DNA of 64,000 nucleotides from an uncultured Armatimonadetes bacterium. GTDB taxonomy: Bacteria > Armatimonadota > Hebobacteria > Hebobacterales > Hebobacteraceae. This document shows, in pieces, positions 20,035 through 30,149 of the stretch (position 1 is its first letter; each line of letters begins with the position of its first letter). A program made the position numbers and the translations under genes. Location of the stretch: contig OY970296.1 in the NCBI GenBank assembly GCA_963716175.1, positions 1,728,001 to 1,792,000 on the forward strand, read 5' to 3'. The notes under the pieces are model-generated. The model was given only the letters and a program-made list of their open reading frames with translations, had not been told where the DNA came from and made no database searches.

Positions 20035-20682
20035 GTGGGTGACCTTTGCTTGCGAGACCAGCAGAAAGCTCTCTTCATCGGTGACAGCATCACCGACTGC
20101 GGCCGGCGGGATGAGAACGCGCCCTTTGGCGATGGCTACTTCAGCATGCTGCGCGGCCTGATCATGGGCCGCTGGCCCGAGCGAGACATCGCCTGGGTCA
20201 ACAAGGGGATCGGTGGCCACACCATCCTTGACCTGCAGGATCGCTGGGAGGAAGACGTGATCCGGGAGGCCCCCGACTGGCTGGGCGTGAAGATCGGGAT
20301 CAACGACCTGCACCAGTTCCTGCAAGGCGCCGAGCGCAGCGTGTCTCCGGCGCGGTTCCGGCAGGCCTACGACGAGATCCTCACGGGCGCCTCCAGCAAG
20401 ATCAGGCCAGACCTGATCTTGATCACGCCGTTCTACATCAGCCCGGACCGGTCCCAGCAGTCGGACCAGGGCAAGGTGCTGAGGCTGCTCCCCGAATACC
20501 TGATGGTGGTGGAGGAGATGGCGGCCAAGTTCGGCGCGCGGTTGGTGCGGCTTCAGCCGATGTTCGAGCGCCAGCTCCGCTATCGCCCGCCCGACACCTT
20601 CTGCCCGGAGCCGGTGCACCCGAACCACACCGGCCACCTGCTCATCGCCCAGGAGGTGCTGCGGGTGCTGTGCGAGGAGTGA
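20035..20682 (+). CDS. SGNH/GDSL hydrolase
   Basis: FIGDSITD, NKGIGG, IGIND, PVHP. Confidence 0.88.
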   Translation: MGDLCLRDQQKALFIGDSITDCGRRDENAPFGDGYFSMLRGLIMGRWPERDIAWVNKGIGGHTILDLQDRWEEDVIREAPDWLGVKIGINDLHQFLQGAERSVSPARFRQAYDEILTGASSKIRPDLILITPFYISPDRSQQSDQGKVLRLLPEYLMVVEEMAAKFGARLVRLQPMFERQLRYRPPDTFCPEPVHPNHTGHLLIAQEVLRVLCEE

Positions 20683-20730
20683 TGGCGGAGGTTCGGAGAC
20701 GACGGCCAGCCAGCCGGAGTAGGCCGGCCG

Positions 20731-21339
20731 TTAGCTGAGCACCCCTTTGTGCTCTTCGAACAGGGGGCTGGCGTCGAGGTAGATGCGGATCAGGTTCATG
20801 ATCTGGGCGTAGGTGGGGAAGAACCGCGAGAGCTTCTCGAAGATCTCGGCTTCGGCGAGTTCGGTCTCCCGCCCAATCTCGGCGGCGCGATGGTAGGCCC
20901 GGCGGCCGGCCTCCTGGTAGTACTCGCCCGGGTCGCGGAAGGGCACCAGCAGGTCTCCGAGCTGCACCATCACCGAGTCCTTGCGCCGCCAGTCTCGCCG
21001 GACCCGCTCCAGGCTCTCCGGGAAGAGGCCTACGATGAAGAGGGTGTAGTCACCGATGTGCCGCTGCACGGAGAGCGCCCGCAGCTCCGGCGACACCCCG
21101 GTGCCCTGGCCAGAGATCAGCATCTCGGCGACGTCGGCCAGGGCCCGGCCTCGCGCGTCTCTGATCCGATAAAGCTGGTCCACATGCAGGAAGCGAGTGA
21201 GCACCTGCTCTGAGAGGTACCAGCGGAGCCGCGCGTCGCGGGCCTCCGGGGCCGGGAACTCGCCATGGTGAAAGGCCCAACCGGCCGCTTCCCGGAAGAG
21301 CACTCGCAACGGATGCTGCTCAGGTATCTCTCGACCCAC
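20731..21339 (-). CDS. Conserved hypothetical protein
   Basis: Clean ORF; HPLR.LF, YRIRD.RGR.L..VAEML, RHIGDYTLF..GLFPE; function not recognised. Confidence 0.65.
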   Translation of the reverse strand: MGREIPEQHPLRVLFREAAGWAFHHGEFPAPEARDARLRWYLSEQVLTRFLHVDQLYRIRDARGRALADVAEMLISGQGTGVSPELRALSVQRHIGDYTLFIVGLFPESLERVRRDWRRKDSVMVQLGDLLVPFRDPGEYYQEAGRRAYHRAAEIGRETELAEAEIFEKLSRFFPTYAQIMNLIRIYLDASPLFEEHKGVLS

Positions 21340-21465
21340 GAGACTCAGCCCTCTTTCGCGCCGAGCAGGACGGGTGGCCCCCGCCCTGCTCAACTCTCCA
21401 ACTAGGAGACACGCCGCAGACTCTGGCTGCGTCTCCGGCCTGTCCCCCGATCCATCCTCCTCCCG

Positions 21466-22116
21466 TCAGGCTGCGGCCATCAGCTTGCGGATGCTCTTGC
21501 CGATCTTGCGTTTCGCCCGCTGGAGGGCGTTGTCAATGGACTTCACCCGCCGGCGCAGTTCCTGCGCGATTTCCTGATAGGACTTGCCCTCCAGGTGGCC
21601 GCGCAGCACGGCCGACTCCAGGTCGCTGAGGTCGCGCTTGATGCGATGGCGCAGATCGTCCGAGAACTGCTGGGTGATCACCAGGTGCTCGGGATCCTGC
21701 TTGTCGGACTCGGCGAGGGTGTCGAGCAGAGTGCGGTCGGAATCAGATTCGAAGAGGCTGGCGTGCAGAGAAACGTAGGAGTTGAGCGGGATGTGCTTCT
21801 GCCGGGTGGCGGCCTTGATGGCGGTGAAGATCTGGCGGCTGATGCAGAGCTCGGCGAAGGCGCGAAACGGGAGCAGCTTATCGTTGCGGAAATCCCGGAT
21901 GGCTTTGAACAGGCCGATCATGCCTTCCTGCACAATGTCTTCGTGATCGGCTCCGATAAGGAAGTAAGAACGGGCTTTGCCCTCGACGATGCTTCGGTAC
22001 TTGGTCAGCAGATGCTCGGTGGCCCTGAGGCTGCCGCCTTTGGCGTATCTCACCACCTCTTCGTCCAGCATGCCATGAAAGCTCATGGACATGTCCCGCG
22101 TGCCAGTATCAGGCAT
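21466..22116 (-). CDS. sigH: RNA polymerase sigma-H factor
   Basis: SYFLIGADHEDIVQEGMIGLFKAIRDF, FAELCISRQI.TAIKAATRQKHIPLNSYVSL, KSIDNALQR.KRK. Confidence 0.92.
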   Translation of the reverse strand: MPDTGTRDMSMSFHGMLDEEVVRYAKGGSLRATEHLLTKYRSIVEGKARSYFLIGADHEDIVQEGMIGLFKAIRDFRNDKLLPFRAFAELCISRQIFTAIKAATRQKHIPLNSYVSLHASLFESDSDRTLLDTLAESDKQDPEHLVITQQFSDDLRHRIKRDLSDLESAVLRGHLEGKSYQEIAQELRRRVKSIDNALQRAKRKIGKSIRKLMAAA

Positions 22117-22284
22117 AGCGCCGCCTCCGTTGATAGTCGAACCACTGATGGACTAGAGACCGGAAGAGGATACTTCGCGTCATTGGCAACCGATAGGCGC
22201 GGCCTCCTGTTGAGGTAGTTTCCGGCAAACTACGCTATTCAGCATATGACCGGGCCGGCGTCTTCACTGGCCCGGACACAGGCT

Positions 22285-22313
22285 ATTATAGGGGAAGCCC
22301 GTAGGCTCGTCAA
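22285..22313 (-). promoter_or_regulatory. Sigma70 promoter upstream of sigH
   Basis: TTGACG-17 bp-TATAAT. Confidence 0.7.
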
Positions 22314-22395
22314 TAGCCCGCGCCGGGGGCCATCTGTGAAGAAAGTGTGCAAATCTCAACACTTTTTTCGCATTCTCTGCGACGGGCTGCGTATC

Positions 22396-22422
22396 GGGGC
22401 AGGAGGCAAGCTCCTGCCCAAC
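22396..22422. repeat. Intact REP-like hairpin GGGGCAGGAGGCAAGCTCCTGCCCAAC (empty-site form)
   Basis: Identical to the joined flanks 34986-35000 + 35257-35268. Confidence 0.75.
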
Positions 22423-22439
22423 CGAGACGGCCGGCGGGG

Positions 22440-23888
22440 TCAGGTGCGGCGCCAGGTGGTGCCCTCCGGCCGGTCCTCCAAAGCAACGCCCAGCTCCGAC
22501 AGGCGGGCCCTCACCTCGTCCGCGAGCCCGTATTGCCCCAGCAGCCTGGCCTGATGGCGGAACTGGATCAACAGCTCGACCAGCCGCTCGGCCAGGCCCC
22601 GCTCCACTGGGCGCGGCTCCAGGCTGAGCCCCAGCGTGCCGCTGAGCGTGGCCAGCGTCTCCCGGGCGTGGCGCAGGGCCTCCCGGCTCTGCTCGGAGAT
22701 AGCGAAGCTGGCCCCCGCCCTCGCCCCCACCTGGTTCACCACCCCTACCAGGCCGTGGAGTGAGGCGAGGGCGCGGGAGGTGGAGAAATCATCGTCCATC
22801 GCCTCCTCGAAGTCGCCCTGGGTGCGGTCGCTGGCTTCTGCTATCTCCGGCAGGTCAGCGCCAGTGGGCCTGGTAGCAGCCGCGAGCAGCCGATCCAGCG
22901 TCTGCTGGCCGATGCGCAGGCGCTCCAGGGCGTGCTCGGCCTGCTCCAGTTCGATGTCCCGGAAGAGAATATCGCTGCGGTAGTGGGCGGCGATGCAGTA
23001 GTACCGCAGGCCCGGCCCGCCGACCCGGGCCAGGGCCTCTCTCAGGGGCACCACGTTGCCCAGGGACTTGCTCATCTTGTCCCCTTCCGCGGGCCCCCCG
23101 CGGGGCATCTGCAGCAGCCCATTGTGCATCCAGATGCGGGCGAAAGGCGTTCCGCAGGCCTCCGACTGGGCGATCTCGTTCTCGTGGTGGGGGAAGATCA
23201 GGTCCGATCCGCCCCCATGGATGTCGAAGCTCTCCCCCAGGTACTTGCCGCTCATGGCCGAGCACTCGATATGCCAGCCAGGTCGGCCTGCCCCCCAGGG
23301 GCTCTCCCAACTGGGCTCCCCTGGCTTCGCCGCCTTCCACAGGAAGAAATCCCTGGCGTCGCGCTTGCGCACGTCCTCCTCCACGCGAGCCCCCGTGATC
23401 TGGGAATCCAGGTCCCGCCGGGAGAGCCGACCGTACAGGCTGAAGCTGGGGACGTGGAAGGCGACATCGCCGTTGATCTGATAGGCGTGGCCGGAATCCA
23501 CGAGGTGCTGCACCAGGGCAATGATCTCGGGGATGTGCTCGCTCGCCCTGGGCATGTAGGTGGGAAGCAGCACGTCGAGCTGATGCAGCTCGGCCAGGTA
23601 GCTCGCGGTATAGCGGCTGGCCACCTGGTCCCAGGTGGCGCGCTCCCGCTGGGCGGCGGCGAAGATCTTGTCCTCGACATCGGTGATGTTGTAGACATAG
23701 GTGACCCGGTAGCCGCGATGCATGAGCCAGCGGCGGACCACGTCGAAAGCGACCGCCGAGCGCCCGTGGCCGATGTGGGCGGGAGCGTAGGGCGTGACCC
23801 CGCAGACATACATGGCGACCTCGCCCGGCTGGCGCGGGATGAAGTCTTCCTTCTGGTGGGTCAGTGTGTTGTAGATTTGGAGGGGCAT
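22440..23888 (-). CDS. cysS: Cysteine-tRNA ligase
   Basis: MYVCGVT, HIGH, GRPGWHIECSAM, DIHGGG.DLIFPHHENE, KMSKSLGN. Confidence 0.97.
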   Translation of the reverse strand: MPLQIYNTLTHQKEDFIPRQPGEVAMYVCGVTPYAPAHIGHGRSAVAFDVVRRWLMHRGYRVTYVYNITDVEDKIFAAAQRERATWDQVASRYTASYLAELHQLDVLLPTYMPRASEHIPEIIALVQHLVDSGHAYQINGDVAFHVPSFSLYGRLSRRDLDSQITGARVEEDVRKRDARDFFLWKAAKPGEPSWESPWGAGRPGWHIECSAMSGKYLGESFDIHGGGSDLIFPHHENEIAQSEACGTPFARIWMHNGLLQMPRGGPAEGDKMSKSLGNVVPLREALARVGGPGLRYYCIAAHYRSDILFRDIELEQAEHALERLRIGQQTLDRLLAAATRPTGADLPEIAEASDRTQGDFEEAMDDDFSTSRALASLHGLVGVVNQVGARAGASFAISEQSREALRHARETLATLSGTLGLSLEPRPVERGLAERLVELLIQFRHQARLLGQYGLADEVRARLSELGVALEDRPEGTTWRRT

Positions 23889-23961
23889 GGCGTGGCTCCT
23901 GAACCACAGAACCGCCGGCGGCATGGCCGTCCTACATCGGCCGGCGGGCCTGCCGGCGGGT

Positions 23962-24651
23962 CTACAGTTGCGAACGATCTGAGGCCGGACTGGTTACCGC
24001 CTCTGGGGCCCGGCTCTCCAGGAGTTCGGCGAGCCGGCGCTCCAACTGCTCGAAGCGGGCGTTCAACTCCCGCATGCACTGCTCGCAGGGGTCGGCGGGC
24101 GTGCCGCCGGAGATGGCCTGAGCGGGCCGCGGCCGGCCCCGCTCGCGCACCACTTTGGCGGGTACGCCCACGGCGGTGCAGTCGGGAGGCACGGGCCGCA
24201 GCACCACCGCCCCCGCCCCGATCAGGGAGTTATCCCCAATGGTGATGGAGCCCAGCACGATGGCGCCGACTCCCACCACTACGTTGTTGCCAAGGGTGGG
24301 ATGGCGCTTGCCCTCTTCCTTTCCGGTGCCCCCCAGGGTGACGCCCTGGTAGAGAGTGCAATTGTCCCCGATCTCGGTGGTCTCGCCGATCACGCTGCCC
24401 ATGCCGTGGTCTATGAACAGGCCGTGGCCGATGCTGGCGCCGGGATGGATCTCGATGCCAGTGAGGAAGCGATTGACTTCGGAGAGCAAGCGCGCGGTAA
24501 GCCGCAGGCGATGCTGCCAGAGCCAGTGGGCGAGGCGATGCAGCAGCAGAGCGTGCAGTCCCGGGTAGAGGAAGAGCACCTCGATCTTGCTGCGGGCCGC
24601 GGGGTCCCGCGCCAGCGCCGCCCGTATGTCTTCTCGCACTCGTTGAAACAC
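23962..24651 (-). CDS. cysE: Serine O-acetyltransferase
   Basis: [34 protein letters not shown]. Confidence 0.95.
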   Translation of the reverse strand: MFQRVREDIRAALARDPAARSKIEVLFLYPGLHALLLHRLAHWLWQHRLRLTARLLSEVNRFLTGIEIHPGASIGHGLFIDHGMGSVIGETTEIGDNCTLYQGVTLGGTGKEEGKRHPTLGNNVVVGVGAIVLGSITIGDNSLIGAGAVVLRPVPPDCTAVGVPAKVVRERGRPRPAQAISGGTPADPCEQCMRELNARFEQLERRLAELLESRAPEAVTSPASDRSQL

Positions 24652-24809
24652 TGGGCCTCCTGGAGACTGCTCGCAGAGGACGGGTATCGCTGCCCGACAG
24701 TGTCAGTATATCGGCGGGCCCGCGAGGGTGTCAAGGCAGCGGCCCCTTGGGCTGGGAAGGACCTAGCCGAAAGCCGCCGAAGTTGCTATGTTCCGGGCAA
24801 CGGTGAACC

Positions 24810-26090
24810 ATGGCGCCTAGGTACAAGGCCCCCCGCGGTACACAGGACGTCCTTCCACAGGTGTCGTGGCGCTGGCAGCGCGTCGAGGCGGCGTTCCGCG
24901 AGATCTGCCGGCGCTACGGCTACCAGGAGATTCGCACCCCCATGTTCGAGGAGACGGAGCTGTTCGAGCGGGGCACCGGCGAGACCACAGAGATCGTCAG
25001 CAAGCAGATGTACACATTTGAGGACCGAGGAGGACGCAGCCTGACGCTGCGCCCGGAGGGCACTCCCTCCGTGGTCCGGGCCTACCTTGAACACAACCTG
25101 GGCGCGGCCGGCGGAACTCAGAAGTTCTGCTATATCGCAGCCATCTTCCGCTATGAGCGCCCGCAGGCGGGCCGCTTTCGCCAGCACCAGCAGCTTGGCG
25201 TGGAGGCGATCGGCGCGCCCGGGCCGGACATTGACGCGGAGGTGATCGCGCTCTATCACGCCTTTCTGAAGGAGATCGGCCTGGAGGGCGGAGTCACGCA
25301 TATCAGCAGCATCGGGTGCCCGGCCTGCCGGCCCGGCTTCCAGCAGGCCCTGCGCGAGTTTTTCGCTCCGATGGTGCCGCGCATGTGCGATTTCTGCCAG
25401 GCGCGGTATCAGAGCAACCCGCTGCGGATGCTCGACTGCAAGGTGCCGGAGGACATGGCGCTGCGCGAGGGCGCGCCCAGCGCGCTCGACCACCTGTGCG
25501 GGGAGTGCCGAGAGCACTTCGGCGGAGTGCGTGCGGCGCTGGCCGCGCTCGCCATCCCCTACCAGGTGGATCCGACTATCGTGCGAGGCCTGGACTATTA
25601 CACCCGCACCGCCTTCGAGGTGGTGCACCCGGCGCTGGGGGCGAAGGATGTGATCATGGGGGGCGGCCGCTACGACGGGCTGGCGGAGATGCTGGGCGGG
25701 CCGCCCACGCCGGGGATCGGGTTCGGGTCAGGGATGGAGCGGCTGCTGATGGTGCTGGGAGAGGGTGGCGCGGCTTCCCAACCTGCGCTGGACATCTACG
25801 TCGCCGCGGCCGGGCCGGAGGCGCGCCAGCCGGCGCTGACACTGGCAACCGAGCTGCGCCGGGCCGGCCTGGCGGCGGACCTGGACTTCACCGGCCGCAG
25901 CCTGCGGGCGCAGATGCGGGAGGCGGCGCGGGCGGGGGCGCGGTTTGCCGCGCTGCTGGGAGAAGAAGAACTGGCGGCCGGCGGTGTGACCTTGCGAGAC
26001 ATGGAGAGCGGCGAGCAGGAGACAGTGCCCCGGGCGCAGGCAGCACAGCGCCTGGCGGATCGCCGTTCCCAGCGCAAGGACGCGCCATGA
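24810..26090 (+). CDS. hisS: Histidine-tRNA ligase
   Basis: [39 protein letters not shown]. Confidence 0.97.
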   Translation: MAPRYKAPRGTQDVLPQVSWRWQRVEAAFREICRRYGYQEIRTPMFEETELFERGTGETTEIVSKQMYTFEDRGGRSLTLRPEGTPSVVRAYLEHNLGAAGGTQKFCYIAAIFRYERPQAGRFRQHQQLGVEAIGAPGPDIDAEVIALYHAFLKEIGLEGGVTHISSIGCPACRPGFQQALREFFAPMVPRMCDFCQARYQSNPLRMLDCKVPEDMALREGAPSALDHLCGECREHFGGVRAALAALAIPYQVDPTIVRGLDYYTRTAFEVVHPALGAKDVIMGGGRYDGLAEMLGGPPTPGIGFGSGMERLLMVLGEGGAASQPALDIYVAAAGPEARQPALTLATELRRAGLAADLDFTGRSLRAQMREAARAGARFAALLGEEELAAGGVTLRDMESGEQETVPRAQAAQRLADRRSQRKDAP

Positions 26091-27868
26091 TCCGCACTCA
26101 CGCCTGCGGCGAGCTGCGCAAGGAGCATCTGGGTCAGACCGTGACTCTGGCGGGGTGGGTAGCCTCGACCCGCGACCACGGGGGGTTGATCTTCGTGGAC
26201 GTGCGGGACCGGGAGGGAGTGGCACAGGTGGTGTTCGATCCCGGGGCCGCGCCTGAGGCCCACACCACTGCGCGCAGGCTGCGCTCGGAATACGTGATCA
26301 AGGTGACTGGGGCGGTGGCGGCGCGGCCGGAGGGAGCGGTCAACCCCGATCTGCCGACAGGCGAGATCGAGGTGCGGGCGAGGGAGTTGGACATCCTGAA
26401 CCCGGCCAAGACGCCACCCTTCGTGATAGACGGGCCCACGCATGTGGATGAGGCGGTGCGGCTGCGCTACCGTTACCTCGACCTGCGCTCGCAGCGGATG
26501 CTGCGCAACCTGCGGGTGCGGCATGAGATGGCGCGGGCGACGCGGGAGTTTCTGGATGCGCGGGGTTTCATCGAGGTGGAGACGCCGCTGCTCATCCGCT
26601 CTACCCCGGAGGGGGCGCGGGATTACATCGTTCCCGCGCGCACCAGGCCCGGACATTTCTTCGCGCTGCCGCAATCGCCCCAACTGCTCAAACAGCTGCT
26701 GATGGTGAGCGGGATCGAGCGCTATTACCAGATGGCCCGCTGCCTGCGAGATGAGGACCTGCGCGCCGACCGCCAGCCGGAGTTCACGCAGATTGACGTC
26801 GAGATGTCGTTCGTGGATCAGGACGATGTGCTGGGGCTGAGCGAGGAGCTGACCCGTCATGTCTTCCGCGCGGCGGGAATCGAGATCCCGGGACCCTTCC
26901 GCCGCATGAGCTACCGGGAGGCGATGGAGAGCTACGGGTCGGACAGACCGGACATCCGCTTCGGGCTGGAGATGATTGGCCTGGAGGAGGCCTTCCGGGA
27001 GACCAAGTTCCGGGCGTTCGCAGAGGTGCTGGCGACGGGGGGCATGATCCGGGGCCTGCGGGTGCCGGAGGGCAGCTCCCTCTCCCGCCGTGAGCTGGAC
27101 GAGATGGAGGCCACCGCGCGCCAGGCCGGAGCGAAAGGCCTGGCCTGGTTCCAGGTGAGCGGGGAGGAGCTGAAGGGCCCCATCTCCAAGTTCGTGTCGG
27201 TGGAGGAGCAGCGCAGGCTGCGAGAGCTGAGCGGCGCCCAGCCGGGCGATCTGCTGCTGGTGGTGGCGGACAAGTTCCCCACCGCCTGCCTGGCGCTGGG
27301 GCGGGTCCGGCTGCAGTTGGGCCGGCAGCTGAACCTGGTGGACAGCTCGGTCTGGCGGGGGCTGCGGGTGGTGGACTTCCCGCTGTACGAATACGACGAG
27401 GTGGAGCAGGTGCTCAAGCCCATGCACCACCCCTTCAGCTCGCCCCGAAAAGAGGACATTTCGCAGCTCGAGCGGGACCCGCTACGGGTCCACGGGCAGG
27501 TCTACGATCTGGTGCTCAACGGAGTGGAGATCGCCTCCGGCAGCATCCGCATCCACCAGCGAGAGCTGCAGGAGAAGGTGATGGAGGTGATTCAGCTCTC
27601 GCCCGAGGAAGCGGGGAAGCGTTTCGGCTTCCTGCTGGAGGCCTTCCAGTATGGGGCGCCGCCGCACGGCGGGATCGCCTTCGGTTTCGATCGCATGGCG
27701 GCGATGGCGTGCGGGGAGGAGAGCATCCGCGACGTGATCGCCTTCCCCAAGAACGCAGCCGGCGTGGACACGATGATGGGGGCGCCCTCGGAGGTGGCCC
27801 CGGAGCAGCTGGAGGAGCTGGGCATCGCGCTGAAGCCTCCGCCAGCAGATGACGAGCCGGGTGGTTAG
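26087..27868 (+). CDS. aspS: Aspartate-tRNA ligase
   Basis: [58 protein letters not shown]; ATGA overlap with hisS. Confidence 0.97.
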   Translation: MIRTHACGELRKEHLGQTVTLAGWVASTRDHGGLIFVDVRDREGVAQVVFDPGAAPEAHTTARRLRSEYVIKVTGAVAARPEGAVNPDLPTGEIEVRARELDILNPAKTPPFVIDGPTHVDEAVRLRYRYLDLRSQRMLRNLRVRHEMARATREFLDARGFIEVETPLLIRSTPEGARDYIVPARTRPGHFFALPQSPQLLKQLLMVSGIERYYQMARCLRDEDLRADRQPEFTQIDVEMSFVDQDDVLGLSEELTRHVFRAAGIEIPGPFRRMSYREAMESYGSDRPDIRFGLEMIGLEEAFRETKFRAFAEVLATGGMIRGLRVPEGSSLSRRELDEMEATARQAGAKGLAWFQVSGEELKGPISKFVSVEEQRRLRELSGAQPGDLLLVVADKFPTACLALGRVRLQLGRQLNLVDSSVWRGLRVVDFPLYEYDEVEQVLKPMHHPFSSPRKEDISQLERDPLRVHGQVYDLVLNGVEIASGSIRIHQRELQEKVMEVIQLSPEEAGKRFGFLLEAFQYGAPPHGGIAFGFDRMAAMACGEESIRDVIAFPKNAAGVDTMMGAPSEVAPEQLEELGIALKPPPADDEPGG

Positions 27869-27873
27869 CAACG

Positions 27874-28617
27874 ATGGTATCCCGGAGAGATGACAAAGCC
27901 TCCTCTCGCCGCAAGAAGGCGGCGCCGCCGGCCGGTGCCGCATCTGCGGAGCCGGAACGGTTGGCGGCGCGGATCAGGGTGAAGATGCGCCGACCGGAGC
28001 TGCTGCGGCAGGCGCTCACTCACAAGTCAGCCCAGCAGGAAGTGGGCCTGCCCTCGAACGAGCGGCTGGAGTTCCTGGGAGACGCGGTGCTGGGGGCGAC
28101 CATAGCCGCGCACCTCTATCTCTCTCATCCCGAGCTGGCCGAGGGGGAGCTGACCAAGCTGAAAGCGGTGGCGGTCTCCGAGAACGTGTTGGCGCAGGTA
28201 GCGCGGGAGCTGGACCTGGGTCGCTATCTGACCATGGCGCGGGGAGAGGAGCAGAGCGGGGGGCGGAGCCGCGCCTCCATTCTCGCAGACGCGCTGGAGG
28301 CGGTGTTCGGCGCCATCTACCTGGATCGGGGGATGGCGGTGGCGCGGCGGGTGATATTGAAGCTGCTGGAGGAGAGGCTGCAGGCCATCGAGCGCGCGGA
28401 GCACGAGCTGGACTACAAGACGCTGCTGCAGGAGAGGATCCAGGGGGTGCACCGGATGCCGCCTACCTATCGGGTGGTAAGCCAGTCGGGGCCGGATCAT
28501 GATCGCACCTTCGTGGCGGAGGTGCGGGCAGAGGGCGAGGTGCTGGGGCGGGGGGTGGGTAAGAGCAAGAAACAGGCGGAACAGGCGGCAGCGCGGGAGG
28601 CGCTGGCGGAGGAGTGA
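27874..28617 (+). CDS. rnc: Ribonuclease III
   Basis: ALTHKS, NERLEFLGDAVL, DALEA..GAIYLD, DYKTLLQE dsRBD. Confidence 0.96.
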   Translation: MVSRRDDKASSRRKKAAPPAGAASAEPERLAARIRVKMRRPELLRQALTHKSAQQEVGLPSNERLEFLGDAVLGATIAAHLYLSHPELAEGELTKLKAVAVSENVLAQVARELDLGRYLTMARGEEQSGGRSRASILADALEAVFGAIYLDRGMAVARRVILKLLEERLQAIERAEHELDYKTLLQERIQGVHRMPPTYRVVSQSGPDHDRTFVAEVRAEGEVLGRGVGKSKKQAEQAAAREALAEE

Positions 28618-28685
28618 CCGAATGCGAAGTAATGAGATCCCCGGCGCGATTGCGCTCTGATATGGGACAAAAGGAGGCTGAGACG

Positions 28686-30049
28686 ATGTCGCAACAAGCT
28701 GCACGAGTCATTGCCTCAACCCTGAGGCGCGACTTGCTGCGCGGGCTGGCACCCGCGAAGCTAGCCTGGATGGTGCTCGCTGCCTGCGGGCTGGCCCTCT
28801 TCCTGGCGTCGTGCGGGGCGGCGGCTGCGGCCGGGCCCCAGGCGGTGCCTCCGGAGATCGCCAAGGTGGCCGAAGACTATGCCAACGCCCTGGCGGTGGC
28901 CAATGCGACGGAGGCCTGGAACCTGCTCTCCGCCCAATCCCAGGCCGCGACCTCGGCGCCGGAATGGCAGCAGGCGTTCTCGGTGCGCCCCGGTGGGCGC
29001 AAGCCGCCGGCTAACTCCGTGCTCCGCACCATCGCTGTCTCCGAGAACCCGCCCGAGGTGGGTGGAGTCATTGTGCGCGGGCAGGAGGCATTTGTGGCGG
29101 TAGCGGGCACAGTGCCGGTGATGCAGCAATTGGTGTTGGTGCGGGAGTCGGCGGGGTGGCGGGTTGACCTCGCCGCATCCGACCAGATCAACAGCCGCGA
29201 GGCCGCGACGACGTTCCTGGCCGCGGTCCGCGAGGAGGTGAAGGCCGGCCAGCGCAGCCAGGGTGTCCAGAACGTGAGCGTTCCGCTGCTGACCACCCTG
29301 ATGGGCGGCCAGGCCAACGACTACAAGGCCACCGAGGCCGAAGTCAAGGCAGACCGCGCTCAGGTCACGCTGGTGGCCCAGGTCCCGGTGAGCTTGGTGG
29401 TGCGAGCCGCGCGCTCGGGTCCCGGTTGGGCGGTGAACTTGGGCCAGCCCTTGCTTCCCATCGACATCACCTCCGCAGACCCCCTGAAGGAGGCGGCGGC
29501 GCTGGCTGACAGGATGACCTGCGAACAACAGCTCGCTCAACTAGCGAAGGCGATCCGGATGTACGCCAGCCTCTCGGGTGGTATGCTGCCGAACCCGGCG
29601 CACTGGCTGGATGAAGTGCGCGCGTACCTGCCAGCGGGCGCCAGCCTCCACTGTCCTGCTGACCCCACCTCAGGGGTGAGCTACGCCATGAACAAGAACC
29701 TGGCGGGCAAGAGCCTCAACGGAATCGCGGCCCCCGGGATGACGGTAATGCTCTATGAATCCACCCTCCACGGTAATAACCCCACCGACCGCGGTGAGAC
29801 CTGGCCCAGGCCCTCCTGGCATGCTGAGGGCAACCTGGTAGCCTACGTGGACGCCTCGGTGCGGCCAGTCAAGGTCAAGCCGTCGTTTGACGTAAGAGAG
29901 GGCGCGCCAGGTGCGGGGCCGCCCTCGGGCCGGGTCGTGCCACCACGCGGCAGGCCGGGGATGCAGCCAGGCGGAGGGCCGGGGCGCAGCCAGGCCCGGC
30001 TCGCGGGGGTCCCAGGGCGAGACCCGGGGCACGCCAGCAGGGACGGTAG
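28686..30049 (+). CDS. Putative lipoprotein with NTF2-like segments and a C-terminal DUF1559/H-X9-DG-like domain; probable 1-nt frameshift near 29984
   Basis: AAGGAGG RBS; LASC lipobox; C.QQL.QL..A..MY, CP.D, SYAMN, HAEGNLVAYVDA; the +1-corrected frame ends at TAG 30047-30049 before a terminator. Confidence 0.65.
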
Positions 30050-30078
30050 GGTAGGCTTCGGCGCTTGCAGGAAGAACA

Positions 30079-30109
30079 GAGGGACCCGCCCTGGCGGGTC
30101 CCTCGTTTT
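30079..30109. terminator. Intrinsic terminator between convergent genes
   Basis: GAGGGACCCGCC-CT-GGCGGGTCCCTC-GTTTT. Confidence 0.75.
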
Positions 30110-30149
30110 CCGTCAGGCCGCGCGCGGCCTGCCCTGTGCTGGGGTGTCT

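Noticed and set aside
24652-24809. T-box leader for cysE-cysS or hisS-aspS
   Set aside because: The 158-bp divergent intergenic region is too short and lacks the T-box consensus.
25316-26086. N-terminal extension of the 850-aa AspS ORF
   Set aside because: It is an alternative frame of hisS; AspS homology starts at ATG 26087.
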